Positions 36,602 through 50,709 of a DNA stretch of 64,000 nt are shown here, one piece after another (the stretch's first letter is position 1; every line of letters starts with the position of its first letter). The stretch comes from Rhodospirillales bacterium (GTDB lineage Bacteria; Pseudomonadota; Alphaproteobacteria; Bin95). The notes beneath the pieces are model-generated. The model searched no databases. It saw nothing but the letters and a program-made list of their open reading frames with translations, and was not told where the DNA came from. The position numbers were made by a program, and so were the translations under genes. Where the stretch lies: the NCBI GenBank assembly GCA_038143065.1, contig JAYQLI010000035.1:1152001-1216000 (forward strand), in the 5' to 3' direction.

Positions 36602-37540
36602 TCAAGCTAGAAGTTCATCAATTTCAGCAAGCTCCTCAGCAGTCATTTTCCAATTAGCTGCAGAAACATTGCTCTTAATCTGCTCGGGCTTAGTCGCGCC
36701 AGCAATCACTGATCCCGTAACTTTTTGAGCAGCCAACCAACTGAAAGCTAATTCCAATACAGAATGCCCTCTCTGGTTTGCAAAATTTTCTAGCCTTTCA
36801 ACTTTGGCGAAATTTGCCTCAGTCACATAACCTCGATTAGCAAATCGCGGCATGTCAGTTAGCCTTGCCCCTTCTGGCATTGAGTCTTTTTTATATTTAC
36901 CTGTCAACAAACCGGAGGCGAGAGGGAAATAAGGCAGCATACCAAGCCCATAAGTCTCCATCATGGGCACAACATCTTGCTCTATTGCCCGATTGAGGAC
37001 ATTCCACTCTTCTTGGCATGAGATGAATTTATTGGTTCCCAGCTCACGGGCGATGAATTCTGCCTCAGTAGATCTCCATGCAGGAAGATTAGATGAGCCC
37101 ACATAACGAACCTTTCCATCGCGAATAAGGTCATCTAGCGCACGAAGTGTTTCATCGATTGGAGTTAAGGGATCAAACTGGTGCAACTGATAGAGATCGA
37201 TCCAATCAGTCCCGAGGCGAGACAGACTATCTTCTACAGCCTGCATGATATACCGACGCGCCGCGCCAATTTTTACACCCTCATCGTCCATAGCCATGCC
37301 AAACTTTGAGGCCAAAACAATTTCTGATCTTTTAGCACCCAAGGCTTTGCCAAGAAAACGCTCCGAGTCACCACGGTTACCATACATGTCAGCAGTGTCA
37401 AAAAGAGTGATACCGGCATCCAGTGCTGCATTCACAACATCAGCTGTTTGGTTTGCATCCAAACGCATACCAAAGTTATTACAGCCAAGACCAACAAGAG
37501 AGACGCGGAGACCTGAACGACCTAAATTCCTAAGTTCCAT
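36602..37540 (-). CDS. Aldo/keto reductase
   Basis: LGRSGLRVS..GLGCNNFG, FDTADMYG, ASKFG, IDLYQLH, GKVRYVG, YFPLASGLLTGKY. Confidence 0.94.
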   Translation of the reverse strand: MELRNLGRSGLRVSLVGLGCNNFGMRLDANQTADVVNAALDAGITLFDTADMYGNRGDSERFLGKALGAKRSEIVLASKFGMAMDDEGVKIGAARRYIMQAVEDSLSRLGTDWIDLYQLHQFDPLTPIDETLRALDDLIRDGKVRYVGSSNLPAWRSTEAEFIARELGTNKFISCQEEWNVLNRAIEQDVVPMMETYGLGMLPYFPLASGLLTGKYKKDSMPEGARLTDMPRFANRGYVTEANFAKVERLENFANQRGHSVLELAFSWLAAQKVTGSVIAGATKPEQIKSNVSAANWKMTAEELAEIDELLA

Positions 37541-37743
37541 AAAAACTTTTCCTCGAATAGTTGTAATAGGATCAATTGGACCAAAACGATTATGACGCAG
37601 GAATATGGATAAGCTAGGATAGGCAATCGGTCTAGCGAGAATAATGGCAATTTAAAAAAGAAGCCAAAGCAGACCTCGCCTGCAGAAGAATTTTAACTAT
37701 ATGCTTTGATCAGTTGGTTTTAAAAAAAATATCGAGAGTTCAA

Positions 37744-38781
37744 ATGGGCCATAAAATTAATCTTGTATCTTTCGATGAAAGTATCGAAGTTGAACAAGAT
37801 GAAACTATTCTGGAGATCGCGCTAGAAGAGAATATTTCCCTTCCGTTTGGATGTGCCTCTGGCAATTGTGGCGCATGCAAGTCCAAATTAATATTAGGCG
37901 AAGTAGAAATGCGATCCTACTCCACATTCGCCTTAACGGATGACGAAAAATCCCGCGGAATAATTCTTCCCTGTAGGGCTGAGCCAAGAAGCAACTGTTC
38001 TGTTGCAATAATGAATTTTGATGATGCCCTGTCCCACCCACTCAAGCACGTACAGGGCGAGGTAGCAGCGGTCGAAAAACTTACTCACGATATTGCAGGA
38101 ATTCGGGTAAAGCTATCAGAGTCACTGCAATATACCTCTGGTCAATTTGCAAACATTGCGTTTCCTGGCCTTCCTGCGCGCGAATACTCATTTGCGACAC
38201 CATCCAGCTCAAACGAAATAGAATTTCATATCAGACGTATGGGTGACCGAGGGGTATCAGCTTTTGTTTTTGACGAAATGAACGTTGGCGAACCAATTTC
38301 CGTCTATGGACCCCTGGGATTTGCATTCTTGAGGAAGGAAGAGACTGGGCCAATATATGCTGTCGCTGGAGGATCCGGCATTGCCCCTATACGAGCAATT
38401 TTAGCTGAAGCTGTGCAAAAAGAGGGGGCCAATTTACGCCCTGTTCGCCTCTGGTTTGGTGTTAAGACCGAAGACGACGTCTATTTAGAAAATGAATTGC
38501 AAAATCTTCAAAGAAAATGGCCAAACTTTAAGCTAGATATTGTTCTTTCAGAACCAAACAAATCCACATCTCGCCGAACAGGGTTGGTAACTGAGGCAAT
38601 CCAGTCTGACTTGTTAGAAATGGGAACAGAAGCCCTAGATGGAGCTAGAGTCTATATTGCAGGCCCTCCCCCAATGGTGGAAAGCTCCCGTACTCTTTTT
38701 GTTGATGCTGGAATGGATGCGTCCCGGATTCACGCAGATGCCTTCTATACACAAGAGGATAAAGCCTCTTTGAATAGCTAG
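37744..38781 (+). CDS. 2Fe-2S ferredoxin / FAD-NAD(P)H reductase (oxygenase reductase or AscD-like)
   Basis: CASGNCGAC..C, REYSFA, GPLG, AGGSGIAP, YIAGPPPM. Confidence 0.9.
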   Translation: MGHKINLVSFDESIEVEQDETILEIALEENISLPFGCASGNCGACKSKLILGEVEMRSYSTFALTDDEKSRGIILPCRAEPRSNCSVAIMNFDDALSHPLKHVQGEVAAVEKLTHDIAGIRVKLSESLQYTSGQFANIAFPGLPAREYSFATPSSSNEIEFHIRRMGDRGVSAFVFDEMNVGEPISVYGPLGFAFLRKEETGPIYAVAGGSGIAPIRAILAEAVQKEGANLRPVRLWFGVKTEDDVYLENELQNLQRKWPNFKLDIVLSEPNKSTSRRTGLVTEAIQSDLLEMGTEALDGARVYIAGPPPMVESSRTLFVDAGMDASRIHADAFYTQEDKASLNS

Positions 38782-38789
38782 GAAATCAG

Positions 38790-40203
<1,414 letters not shown>

Positions 40204-41472
40204 TCACATGTCTAGAAGCATACGTCGCGGGTCTTCGAGTGTCTCTTTCATTCGAACAAGGCAGGTAACCGCTTCAGAACCGTCAATGATACGATGATCA
40301 TAAGACAATGCGAGATACATCATAGGCCGTGCCTGTATCGATCCGTCTGGCATGACCATGGGACGCATTTGCGTCTTGTGCATACCCAGAATTGCAGATT
40401 GTGGAGGGTTCAAGATTGGAGTTGATAACAACGATCCATAAACGCCACCATTAGATATCGTAAAGGTACCACCCGAGAGATCAGCAAGAGACAATTTACC
40501 GTCGCGAGCCTTACGAGCGTAGTCACCTATAGCTTTTTCTATTCCGGCGAGGCTCATCGTCTCTGCATTTCGGAGAATTGGAACAACAAGTCCCTGTTCG
40601 GTACCTACAGCAACCCCGATATCGAAGAAATTCTTATAAACGATATCATCTCCGTCTATCTGAGCATTTACGGCTGGAACATCCTTAAGACCTTGAATAG
40701 CTGCTTTAACAAAGAAAGACATAAAGCCTAAACGTACACCGTGTCGCTTTTCAAATTGATCTTTAAATTCTGCTCTCACAGCTAAAATTTCTGTCATATC
40801 TACCTCGTTGAAGGTAGTAAGCATGGCCGCCGTGTTTTGTGCCTCTTTCAGCCGTTCGGCAATTCGTCGGCGTAAGCGGGACATTTTAACCCGCTCTTCC
40901 GATCTATCGGCTGGCAACTCTGCGACTGCAAAAACGTCTTTTCCTCCAGACCGCATATATTCCAAGACATCAGACTTTGTCAGCCTACCGCCTCGTCCTG
41001 AGGCAGGAATTTGGGAAGGATCAAGGCCATGTTCCATTACAAGCTTCTTAACCGCAGGAGGCATAGGCGCAGCGCTGGCAGATAATGAAGCAGGTGAAAT
41101 ACTCAACACAGGCGATGATTCCGCCAATGGAGCTTCAACGTTTACAGGTGCTTCTACAGAGTTTGCAGGCACAAGATCAGGTTTTTTAACTTCTTCTGGC
41201 GCGCTTGCAATTGGTTTAGCAGTAGCTGCCTTACCATTTGGATCTATGCTCCCTAGCAGAGCACCAACTTCAACATTGTCTCCCTCTGAAACAGCAAGAG
41301 ACGAAAGAACACCGGCAGTGGGTGCTGGCACTTCCACAGTGACCTTATCCGTCTCTAATTCGACCAGAGGCTCATCAGCCTCGACCTTTTCACCCGCTGC
41401 TTTCAACCAACGAGCAATAGTAGCCTCAGTTACAGACTCACCTAGTGCAGGAACTATAATTTCAACAGCCAT
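40204..41472 (-). CDS. sucB: 2-oxoglutarate dehydrogenase E2 (dihydrolipoamide succinyltransferase)
   Basis: Lipoyl [25 protein letters not shown]. Confidence 0.97.
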   Translation of the reverse strand: MAVEIIVPALGESVTEATIARWLKAAGEKVEADEPLVELETDKVTVEVPAPTAGVLSSLAVSEGDNVEVGALLGSIDPNGKAATAKPIASAPEEVKKPDLVPANSVEAPVNVEAPLAESSPVLSISPASLSASAAPMPPAVKKLVMEHGLDPSQIPASGRGGRLTKSDVLEYMRSGGKDVFAVAELPADRSEERVKMSRLRRRIAERLKEAQNTAAMLTTFNEVDMTEILAVRAEFKDQFEKRHGVRLGFMSFFVKAAIQGLKDVPAVNAQIDGDDIVYKNFFDIGVAVGTEQGLVVPILRNAETMSLAGIEKAIGDYARKARDGKLSLADLSGGTFTISNGGVYGSLLSTPILNPPQSAILGMHKTQMRPMVMPDGSIQARPMMYLALSYDHRIIDGSEAVTCLVRMKETLEDPRRMLLDM

Positions 41473-41514
41473 GACTTGTCCTTGCTAGAAATTGCTGAAG
41501 CACGTTTGGTAATT

Positions 41515-44415
41515 CTAAACCGTAAGTGCGTCATCAACGAGTTTAGCTTGTTCAGCGTTATGTCGTTTTAAAAGCCCTGTTGCCGTTGCGGCTGACTCAG
41601 CACGACCACAGTAAATAGGGCGCTTAGAGCTCAATTTAGGAATATCACCCATAACTGACTCAAGCCTGCGGTCGAGGAAGCGCCAAGCTCCCATATTCTC
41701 AGGCTCTTCCTGACACCAAACCACTTCGGCATTTGTATACTTCTTTAATTCCGCGGCCACTGATTTCACCGGGAAAGGATAAAGTTGTTCTAGTCGGACA
41801 ATCGCTACGTCCTTGATATTCCGCTCGTCCCGTGCAGCAATGAGGTCGTAGAACACCTTTCCAGAACACAACACTACACGCTTGATCTTTGAATTAGCTA
41901 CTAAGTCACCATCATCTGGGATAACACGATGGAATGTTGTTTTTCCAGTAAATTCATTAACGTCTGAAACGCATAACTTGTGTCTTAGCAAGGACTTAGG
42001 TGTCATAACAATCAGTGGTTTACGAAAGTTACGACGTACCTGGCGACGGAGCATATGAAAATAGTTCGCAGGTGTTGATGGCACGCATACCTGCATGTTG
42101 TCCTCTCCGCACATCTGAAGGTACCGCTCTAATCTAGCGGAAGAATGTTCAGGTCCTTGACCCTCATAGCCGTGCGGCAGAAGCAAGGTGAGACCAGACA
42201 TACGAAGCCATTTATGCTCCCCAGACGATATAAATTGGTCGATAATAACCTGTGCCCCGTTTGCAAAGTCGCCAAACTGGGCCTCCCACATTACTAATAT
42301 ATTTGGCTCTGCAGTAGAATATCCATACTCAAATCCGAGAACGGACATTTCAGCTAAAGGACTATCAAGCACGTCAACTTTAGCTTGGTCATTGCGGAGA
42401 TGCTGTAGAGGTAGATATTCTTGACCCGTGTCCTGATCAGTAAAGACCGCATGACGTTGCGAGAAAGTACCTCTCCCACAATCTTGCCCAGATAGTCGTA
42501 CCGCGGTCCCTTCAACAGCACAGCTACCAAAAGCCAGAGCCTCAGCTGTTGCCCAATCAATACCGCTACCAGATTCAATGGCTTTCCACTTGGCTTTAAG
42601 CTGGCGATCGATCTTATTATTTAATCTAAAACCTTCCGGTATGGACGTAATTTTCTTCCCTATTTCTTTGAGAAGTTCAATATCAATTGCGGTATCACCC
42701 CGCCGATCTTCACCTTTAGCAATATCGAGACCAGACCATTTTCCTTCAAACCAATCTGCTTTGTTTGGCTTAAAGGAACTTGCCGCTTCAAAATCCTTTT
42801 CTAGCGTTGCTCTAAAACTGTCTACGAATTGCTGAGCTGTCTCATTGCTAATAAGGCCCTCATCAACAAGCCTGCCTGCATATAACTGCCGCGTTGTTGG
42901 ATGTTTTCCAATTGCTTTATACATAAGAGGCTGAGTAAACGCCGGTTCGTCGCTTTCATTGTGTCCCTGTCTACGGTAGCAATACATATCAATCACAATG
43001 TCTTGCTTAAACTGATACCGGAACTCGGTAGCAATACGGGCAACGTGCACTACCGCCTCAGGGTCATCGCCATTCACATGGAATACTGGTGCCTGAACGA
43101 TCTTTGCCATTTCTGAGCAATACGGGCCTGAACGCGCTTCAGTTGGAGAGGTTGTGAACCCGATTTGATTATTTATAACCACGTGGATGGTACCACCCGT
43201 TTGGTAACCATTTAGCTCAGACAACTCGAAAGTCTCTGCTACTAAGCCTTGGCCTATAAAAGCTGCATCACCATGCAAAAGGATACCCATAACCTTCTGC
43301 CTGGCTTTATCTCCGCGCTGACGCTGTTTTGCTCGCACACGCCCAAGAACTACAGGATTGACCACCTCCAAGTGCGATGGGTTCGGGGTCAACGTTAAGT
43401 GGACCGTTTTACCGTCAAATTCTCGATCTGCCGAAGTACCAAGATGATACTTGACGTCGCCGGAACCTTGAACATCTTCCGGGTTGGCTGGATTGCCCTG
43501 GAATTCAGAAAAGATATTAACAAAAGGCTTATCTAAAACGTTAGCCAAAACGTTCAGGCGGCCCCGGTGTGCCATACCAACAACGATCTCTTCAAGCCCG
43601 AGCTGACTACCCCGCTTTACAATTTGTTCCATCAATGGGACCAAAGATTCACCACCTTCTAGCCCAAAACGTTTTGCTCCAACAAAACGACGGTCAAGAA
43701 ATTGCTCAAAAGTCTCAGCCGCTGTTAACCGTTCTAGAATGGCGATCTTACCTCGATCAGTGAAATCGGTTTGGTTGCGAGGTTCTTCTATGCGGCGCTG
43801 TATCCAGGCTTTTTGCTCAGGATCCTGAATGTGCATGAACTCAACACCAATTTTTCCGCAGTATGTTGCTTCAACCAGCTCCAAAATATTACGGAGAGTA
43901 GCTATTTCCATGCCGAGAACATTATCGATGAAAATTTCTCGGTCCAAATCAGCCTCGGAAAAACCATAGGTCTTGTAGTCAAGCTCAGGGTGATACTCGA
44001 TTTCCGCTAACCCAAGAGGGTCAAGTTTTGAATAAAGATGACCTCTAATACGATAAGCTCTGATAAGCATTAATGCGCGAACGGAGTCTAATGTTGCAGA
44101 CCTAACGTCTCTGCTATCCTGCACTAGATTGGATTTTGATTGATCAGTCTTGGGGGCATCGGTAGATGAACTACCAATATCTGACTTCTTAGCACCTATT
44201 GAACCCCAACCCGGAGCATCCACCTCATCTAAAATCGCACCAGCATCACCACGAAGATCACTAAACAGACTTATCCAGCTTGGGTCGACACTGGCCGGAT
44301 CTACCAAGTACTGCTCATATAAATCTGCTAAATAGACCGCATTAGCTCCGAAGAGATAACTGGTACGATCAGCCATTAGACGATCGATGGTCGTGGACGC
44401 TTGGTCACTTGCCAT
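41515..44415 (-). CDS. sucA: 2-oxoglutarate dehydrogenase E1
   Basis: KRFGLEGGE, GMAHRGRLN, GDVKYHLG, HGDAAF, WEAQFGDF, GQGPEHSS. Confidence 0.97.
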   Translation of the reverse strand: MASDQASTTIDRLMADRTSYLFGANAVYLADLYEQYLVDPASVDPSWISLFSDLRGDAGAILDEVDAPGWGSIGAKKSDIGSSSTDAPKTDQSKSNLVQDSRDVRSATLDSVRALMLIRAYRIRGHLYSKLDPLGLAEIEYHPELDYKTYGFSEADLDREIFIDNVLGMEIATLRNILELVEATYCGKIGVEFMHIQDPEQKAWIQRRIEEPRNQTDFTDRGKIAILERLTAAETFEQFLDRRFVGAKRFGLEGGESLVPLMEQIVKRGSQLGLEEIVVGMAHRGRLNVLANVLDKPFVNIFSEFQGNPANPEDVQGSGDVKYHLGTSADREFDGKTVHLTLTPNPSHLEVVNPVVLGRVRAKQRQRGDKARQKVMGILLHGDAAFIGQGLVAETFELSELNGYQTGGTIHVVINNQIGFTTSPTEARSGPYCSEMAKIVQAPVFHVNGDDPEAVVHVARIATEFRYQFKQDIVIDMYCYRRQGHNESDEPAFTQPLMYKAIGKHPTTRQLYAGRLVDEGLISNETAQQFVDSFRATLEKDFEAASSFKPNKADWFEGKWSGLDIAKGEDRRGDTAIDIELLKEIGKKITSIPEGFRLNNKIDRQLKAKWKAIESGSGIDWATAEALAFGSCAVEGTAVRLSGQDCGRGTFSQRHAVFTDQDTGQEYLPLQHLRNDQAKVDVLDSPLAEMSVLGFEYGYSTAEPNILVMWEAQFGDFANGAQVIIDQFISSGEHKWLRMSGLTLLLPHGYEGQGPEHSSARLERYLQMCGEDNMQVCVPSTPANYFHMLRRQVRRNFRKPLIVMTPKSLLRHKLCVSDVNEFTGKTTFHRVIPDDGDLVANSKIKRVVLCSGKVFYDLIAARDERNIKDVAIVRLEQLYPFPVKSVAAELKKYTNAEVVWCQEEPENMGAWRFLDRRLESVMGDIPKLSSKRPIYCGRAESAATATGLLKRHNAEQAKLVDDALTV

Positions 44416-44503
44416 TCTGATTTAGACCGATACCGGTAGTGCCGGCATAGCCCCCTCTTCCTATTCAGTACATCATCTAATACGGATAAAACCGATTTTT
44501 GGG

Positions 44504-45378
44504 TTACTTATTCATGGCTTTCAACATTGTTTCACCGAGGCCTGCAGGACTTTCGCTAACCATTATCCCAGCATTCCGGAAAGCCTCGAATTTTGCTTGT
44601 GCGGTTCCTTTACCACCAGCGATGATAGCTCCAGCGTGCCCCATCCGTTTGCCTGGAGGGGCAGTTGCACCAGCAATAAAACCTACCATTGGCTTTTTTG
44701 ATTTTGATTGGCGATAAAATTCGGCTGCATCTTCTTCGGCAGAGCCACCAATTTCTCCAATCATGATTATTCCTTGGGTTTCATCATCACCTAAAAACAT
44801 CTCTAGGCAATCGATGAAATTTGTTCCATTCACTGGATCACCGCCTATGCCAATGCATGTGGTCTGCCCCAGACCAACTGCTGTGGTTTGAGCCACAGCT
44901 TCGTAAGTCAATGTGCCGGACCGAGAAACTACACCTATAATCCCGCGCTCATGGATATGGCCAGGCATGATGCCAATTTTGCACTCGTCCGGGGTGATAA
45001 CGCCGGGGCAATTCGGACCTATTAAACGGCTTTTAGAACCTTCTAACGCTCTTTTAACACGAACCATATCAAGAACAGGGATGCCTTCGGTGATGCAAAT
45101 TATAAGCTCCACCTCAGCATCAATAGCCTCCAAGATTGCATCTGCAGCAAAAGGAGGCGGGACATAAATCACACTAGCATCAACGCCAACGGTATCCTTA
45201 GCCTCATGCACAGTATTGAATACAGGAAGACCGAGATGCTGTTGCCCACCTTTCCTGGAGCCACACCACCCACCATGTTGGTACCGTATGCAATGGCGGT
45301 TTCGGAATGGAATGTTCCCTGGCTTCCCGTGAAACCTTGGCAAATAACCTTGGTCGCTTTGTTAACTAGAACAGCCAT
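44504..45378 (-). CDS. sucD: Succinyl-CoA synthetase alpha subunit (frameshift near 45252)
   Basis: [32 protein letters not shown]. Confidence 0.96.
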
Positions 45379-46547
45379 CAGGCAGCCCCCCGCATAGCCT
45401 TGACCACTTTTTCAGCAGCATCGCGCAGATTATCAGCTGGCACGATGTCTATACCTGAAGAGGCCATATTTTCCTTACCTTTCTCCACATTAGTTCCTTC
45501 AAGGCGGACAACTAATGGGACAGAAAGGCCTAATTCCTTGGCTGCCGCGACTACACCTTCTGCAATAACGTCACAGCGCATAATTCCACCAAAGATATTG
45601 ACGAGGATGGCCTTCACACTGGGGTCTGACAAAATAATTTTAAACGCTGCAATAACACGCTCTTTATCTGCACTACCCCCAACATCAAGAAAATTAGCCG
45701 GTTCTGCCCCGTTCAATTTAATGATGTCCATCGTTGCCATAGCGAGACCAGCGCCATTCACCATGCAACCTATCTCTCCATCGAGTGCCACATAATTTAG
45801 ATGCAAATCTTCAGCTTGACGTTCGACAGGGTTTTCCTCTGAAACATCGCGCATCTCTTCGACATCTGGATGCCTGAAAAGAGCATTGTCATCAAAGTCC
45901 ATTTTAGCATCTAGGGCCATAATATCGCCAGAACCTGTGACTACGAGCGGATTAATCTCGATCATATTGGCATCAAGGTCTTGGAAAGCTTCAAACATCC
46001 CCATCAACAACTTAACCGCCGAGCCTACCTGCTGCCCTTCCAGACCCAGTTCAAACGCAATTCGACGAGCCTGGAAGCCAGACATCCCAACAGCAGGGTC
46101 TATGACGATTGTCTTAATTTTTTCTGGAGATTTGGCAGCAACTTCTTCGATGTCCATTCCGCCTTCAGTAGACGCCACTACAACTACTCTACCGTGCCCA
46201 CGATCTACCAACATCGATAGATATAACTCACGAGCGATATCACAGCCATCCTCGACATAAAGGCGGCCAACCTCTTTTCCTTCAGGACCAGTTTGATGAG
46301 TTACCAGCGTCATACCCAGCATACGTTGAGCTTCTGATTCAACCTCCTGACGAGATTTAACCACCTTAACGCCACCACCTTTTCCTCGTCCGCCCGCATG
46401 AATTTGTGCCTTAACAACATAGACAGTCCCAGGAAGTTTATCCGCAGCCTCAACCGCCTCTGAAACAGAAAAAGCTGGGTATCCTTTTGGTACAGATACG
46501 CCGTACCTAGAGAGCAAGGCCTTTGCCTGATGTTCATGTACGTTCAT
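45378..46547 (-). CDS. sucC: Succinyl-CoA synthetase beta subunit
   Basis: [44 protein letters not shown]. Confidence 0.97.
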   Translation of the reverse strand: MNVHEHQAKALLSRYGVSVPKGYPAFSVSEAVEAADKLPGTVYVVKAQIHAGGRGKGGGVKVVKSRQEVESEAQRMLGMTLVTHQTGPEGKEVGRLYVEDGCDIARELYLSMLVDRGHGRVVVVASTEGGMDIEEVAAKSPEKIKTIVIDPAVGMSGFQARRIAFELGLEGQQVGSAVKLLMGMFEAFQDLDANMIEINPLVVTGSGDIMALDAKMDFDDNALFRHPDVEEMRDVSEENPVERQAEDLHLNYVALDGEIGCMVNGAGLAMATMDIIKLNGAEPANFLDVGGSADKERVIAAFKIILSDPSVKAILVNIFGGIMRCDVIAEGVVAAAKELGLSVPLVVRLEGTNVEKGKENMASSGIDIVPADNLRDAAEKVVKAMRGAA

Positions 46548-46585
46548 GCCATCACTCCAAGGTAAATTAGGCAGCTATCGTTTGT

Positions 46586-47566
<981 letters not shown>

Positions 47567-47675
47567 TTAAGAGACCAGGCATCTGACACAATGCCTCTAT
47601 TATTTCCGCTTACTAACTCCATTCCACCAAATTAGGCAAGGAAATCAGCAACAATATCGTGTTTTAAATTATGAT

Positions 47676-48848
47676 TTATGTATTTTTTGTATCTGTGAGA
47701 TGCTTATGGGGCTCAGCCATGTAATCTTCTGCCTGCATTTCAATCAATCGGGACGCGCAGCGTTTGAATTCAAACTCACCTACACCTTTTATATAGAGAT
47801 CATCAGGCAACCCATCTGCGGAACAAATAACTTTTGATTTCTGTTCGTAGCAGGCGTCTATAAAAGTAACCAAACGGCGCGCTTCATTGCGCTCCTCGGG
47901 CCCCATAACAGGTATGCCCTCTAAGATAAATGTGTGGAATGTCTCTGCTAATGCCAGATAATCAGCAGGGCCAAGAGGCTTCTTACAGAGTTCTGCAAAC
48001 GAGTACCAAGCAACAGAACGAGCCGCACGTGGTACGGTCAATACGCGTCCTCTAACATTCAACTCTAGCGGGACAGGGTCCGCAGCGTCAGTTAAATCAG
48101 AAAACGCCTGAGCTAGTGAGAAAAGCGCATCTTTATTATGTGGCACATGATAAACCGGCCTACCCTTCAGTCGGTCTAAGCGATAATCCGTACCCCCATC
48201 CAGTTCATAAATCTCAACATGTCGAGCAAAGATTTCGAGAAACGGCAGAAATCTGTCTCTTTGAAGCCCATCTTTATAAAGGTTTGTTGGCGCAGCATTT
48301 GACGTCGCAACCACCACTACTCCTGCTTTGAAAAGATCCTCAAACAGTCTACCAAGTGTCATCGCATCAGCAATATTATCGACTTGAAATTCATCAAAAC
48401 AGAGCAACCATGCATCCGCCGCCACTTCCTCAGCTATTGCCGGGATAGGGTCACCATCGATGCCAGATGCGCGGCGTGCATGTGCTGATTTTTGAATTTC
48501 CTGCATAAACGAGTGGAAATGAACTCGGCGCTTACGAGTGACATTAACGTGATTATAAAAGAGGTCCATCAGCATAGACTTCCCCCTACCAACTGGCCCA
48601 AAAATATAGAGACCATCTGGCCCCTTTTGGACCTTTGAGACTGGATCTTTAAATAACCCTAACTTCCTAAAAACTCCTGAGCTTTTTTTGGGCTTGATAT
48701 TGGGTTGGTAGCCACTTAGCGTTTCAGCAAGGAGAGAAAGTCGCTCTATAGCTTTTCGCTGCTCGGGATCAGGCTTAATTTCTCCTGAGTCAACAAGATG
48801 ATTTAGCGCCTCTATAGGACTTATGGTTTCAGCTTTTGTTGAGACCAT
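47676..48848 (-). CDS. zapE: AFG1/ZapE family ATPase
   Basis: GPVGRGKSMLMD, RVHFHSFM, LCFDEFQV, LYKDGLQR, RCASRLIEMQ; usual position upstream of mdh. Confidence 0.92.
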   Translation of the reverse strand: MVSTKAETISPIEALNHLVDSGEIKPDPEQRKAIERLSLLAETLSGYQPNIKPKKSSGVFRKLGLFKDPVSKVQKGPDGLYIFGPVGRGKSMLMDLFYNHVNVTRKRRVHFHSFMQEIQKSAHARRASGIDGDPIPAIAEEVAADAWLLCFDEFQVDNIADAMTLGRLFEDLFKAGVVVVATSNAAPTNLYKDGLQRDRFLPFLEIFARHVEIYELDGGTDYRLDRLKGRPVYHVPHNKDALFSLAQAFSDLTDAADPVPLELNVRGRVLTVPRAARSVAWYSFAELCKKPLGPADYLALAETFHTFILEGIPVMGPEERNEARRLVTFIDACYEQKSKVICSADGLPDDLYIKGVGEFEFKRCASRLIEMQAEDYMAEPHKHLTDTKNT

Positions 48849-48853
48849 TAATC

Positions 48854-50049
48854 TTAATCTCCACCAAGCTTGACAACCCCAGACGCAGCAAGCGCCTTGA
48901 TCTGTGTCTCACTAAAACCTGTTTCCGCTAACACCTCACTCGTATGAAATCCAACTGAAGGAGGTTGTCGCCGGAGACCAAAATCGTGCTCACCTACCTC
49001 GATTGGCAGTCTTGGCAACTTCGCAACCTCTCCATTCGGCATTTCAACTGGCAGCATTCTATTGTGAAAATTAAGCTGGGCATCGTCAAAAGGTCTGTAG
49101 GCCTAGCTACAGGAGAAAATGGAATCTCAATTTCTTCTAAAATTGTTAAAAGCTCATCGTGATTAAAACTTATGGCAATTTCAGCGACGATAGGCAGAAG
49201 TTTGTCACGAACGGCAACACGACTTTCATTTGTAGAAAATGCAGGATCATCTTTTAAATGATCTAATCCAAAATGATCTCTAAATCGGCGCCAATGATTA
49301 TCGCTAGTAATGCCGATAAAAACCATCCGACCATCCTTTGTCTCAAACGGCTCATAAACTGACCAAGCACTCACACGGGCGGGCATCGGAGGCGTTTCTT
49401 TTCCAGTTACCACTTCCCCAGCAAGATGCTGTGTCATCAAAAAAGCAGTAGATTCAAATAATGCCGATTTTATGAATTGGCCTTCACCGGTGTGGTCGCG
49501 CTCACGCAAAGCGCAAAAAATACCTATTACGGCGTATGACCCACCCATGATATCAATCACGCTCGCACCTGCACGAAGTGGGCGCCCCGGTGGACCGGTC
49601 ATGTAAGACATGCCAGCCATAAATTGAACAACTTCGTCTAGCGCTAGCCTGTTCTCGTATGGCCCAGACAGGAAGCCTTTGAGAGAGCAAAAAATAATCC
49701 TGGGATTGATAGCGCTGATTGTTTCATAATCACATCCCAACTTCGCCATGGTACCTGGCGCATAGTTTTCAATGACGACGTCGGCCGTTTCCACTAGTTT
49801 ATGAGCAACCTCTCGACCTTCCTCAGACTTTAAATCAAGAGCTATTGACCGTTTATTTCTATTAAATCCCGCGAAAAATCCTGCTGCGAACCCTGAAAGT
49901 TTTCTCGTCTTGTCTCCGTTCGGTGCAGGCTCAATCTTGATTACGTCAGCCCCTAAATCTGCAAGTAAAAGGCCCGCAGTTGGTCCCATAATGGTCTGAC
50001 AAAATTCCAAAACTTTGATGCCATTAAGAGGCAATGGAGCAGTTGTCAT
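48854..50049 (-). CDS. CaiB/BaiF family CoA-transferase (frameshift near 49088)
   Basis: LADLGADVIKIE, NRNKRSIALDLK, ENYAPG; C-terminal PPSVGFHT.EVL. Confidence 0.92.
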
Positions 50050-50549
50050 AATGATTCACCTGACATGATCGCTTCAGCTGGCGCAGCAAACTCAGCCATC
50101 ACTTTCTCATAAACTCTGCGCTTAAAATCTACTATTTCATCTAAAACTTCTTGCTGCCTTGCCCAACGCCATTCATCAAATTCAACTTGATGCTGGGAAA
50201 GGTTAACCGACGCATCTGGGCCATCATATTGCAGTAAAAACCATTTTTGGGTCTGGCCAATCCATCGAGCTCTACCGCCTCGGCGAAGTGCCCAATCGGG
50301 CAGATCGTACTCAAGCCAATCAGGGTGCGTCATGACGATAGATGCTTCTGAAAGCCCTGTTTCTTCTTTTAATTCTCGGAAAGCTGCGGTTTCGGCAGAT
50401 TCCCCCGGGTCTATGCCACCTTGAGGCATCTGCCATCCACCAACAATACCAATCCTTCGACCTACAAAGATACCGCGTCCAGGAGCTACCACCATCAGTC
50501 CAACACAGGGTCGATAGCCGTCATGTATTGAAGGCGGTAACGCCGACAT
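50046..50549 (-). CDS. rppH: RNA pyrophosphohydrolase (Nudix)
   Basis: YRPCVG, WQMPQGGID..E....AAFRELKEETG, GQTQKWF, FKRRVY. Confidence 0.9.
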   Translation of the reverse strand: MSALPPSIHDGYRPCVGLMVVAPGRGIFVGRRIGIVGGWQMPQGGIDPGESAETAAFRELKEETGLSEASIVMTHPDWLEYDLPDWALRRGGRARWIGQTQKWFLLQYDGPDASVNLSQHQVEFDEWRWARQQEVLDEIVDFKRRVYEKVMAEFAAPAEAIMSGESL

Positions 50550-50709
50550 TTTTATTCCCCTTTTGCGATTTTGCTAAGCTCAATCGTCAGAGTGCTTATG
50601 CTAGACATTGCCATTCTATGGCCATGAACACCCGAAGTCATTTCGAGCGCCAACTTTTATTTCAGAGAAATAAATAGATCACTGGCTTCTCTATATTTGT
50701 TCCGGGCGA

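Noticed and set aside
40808-41488. 226-aa plus-strand ORF and many similar long antisense ORFs (e.g. 8571-9065, 45400-45795, 45886-46260)
   Set aside because: Shadow frames of conserved genes (sucB, ftsZ, sucC), Ser/Ala/Thr-rich with no motifs
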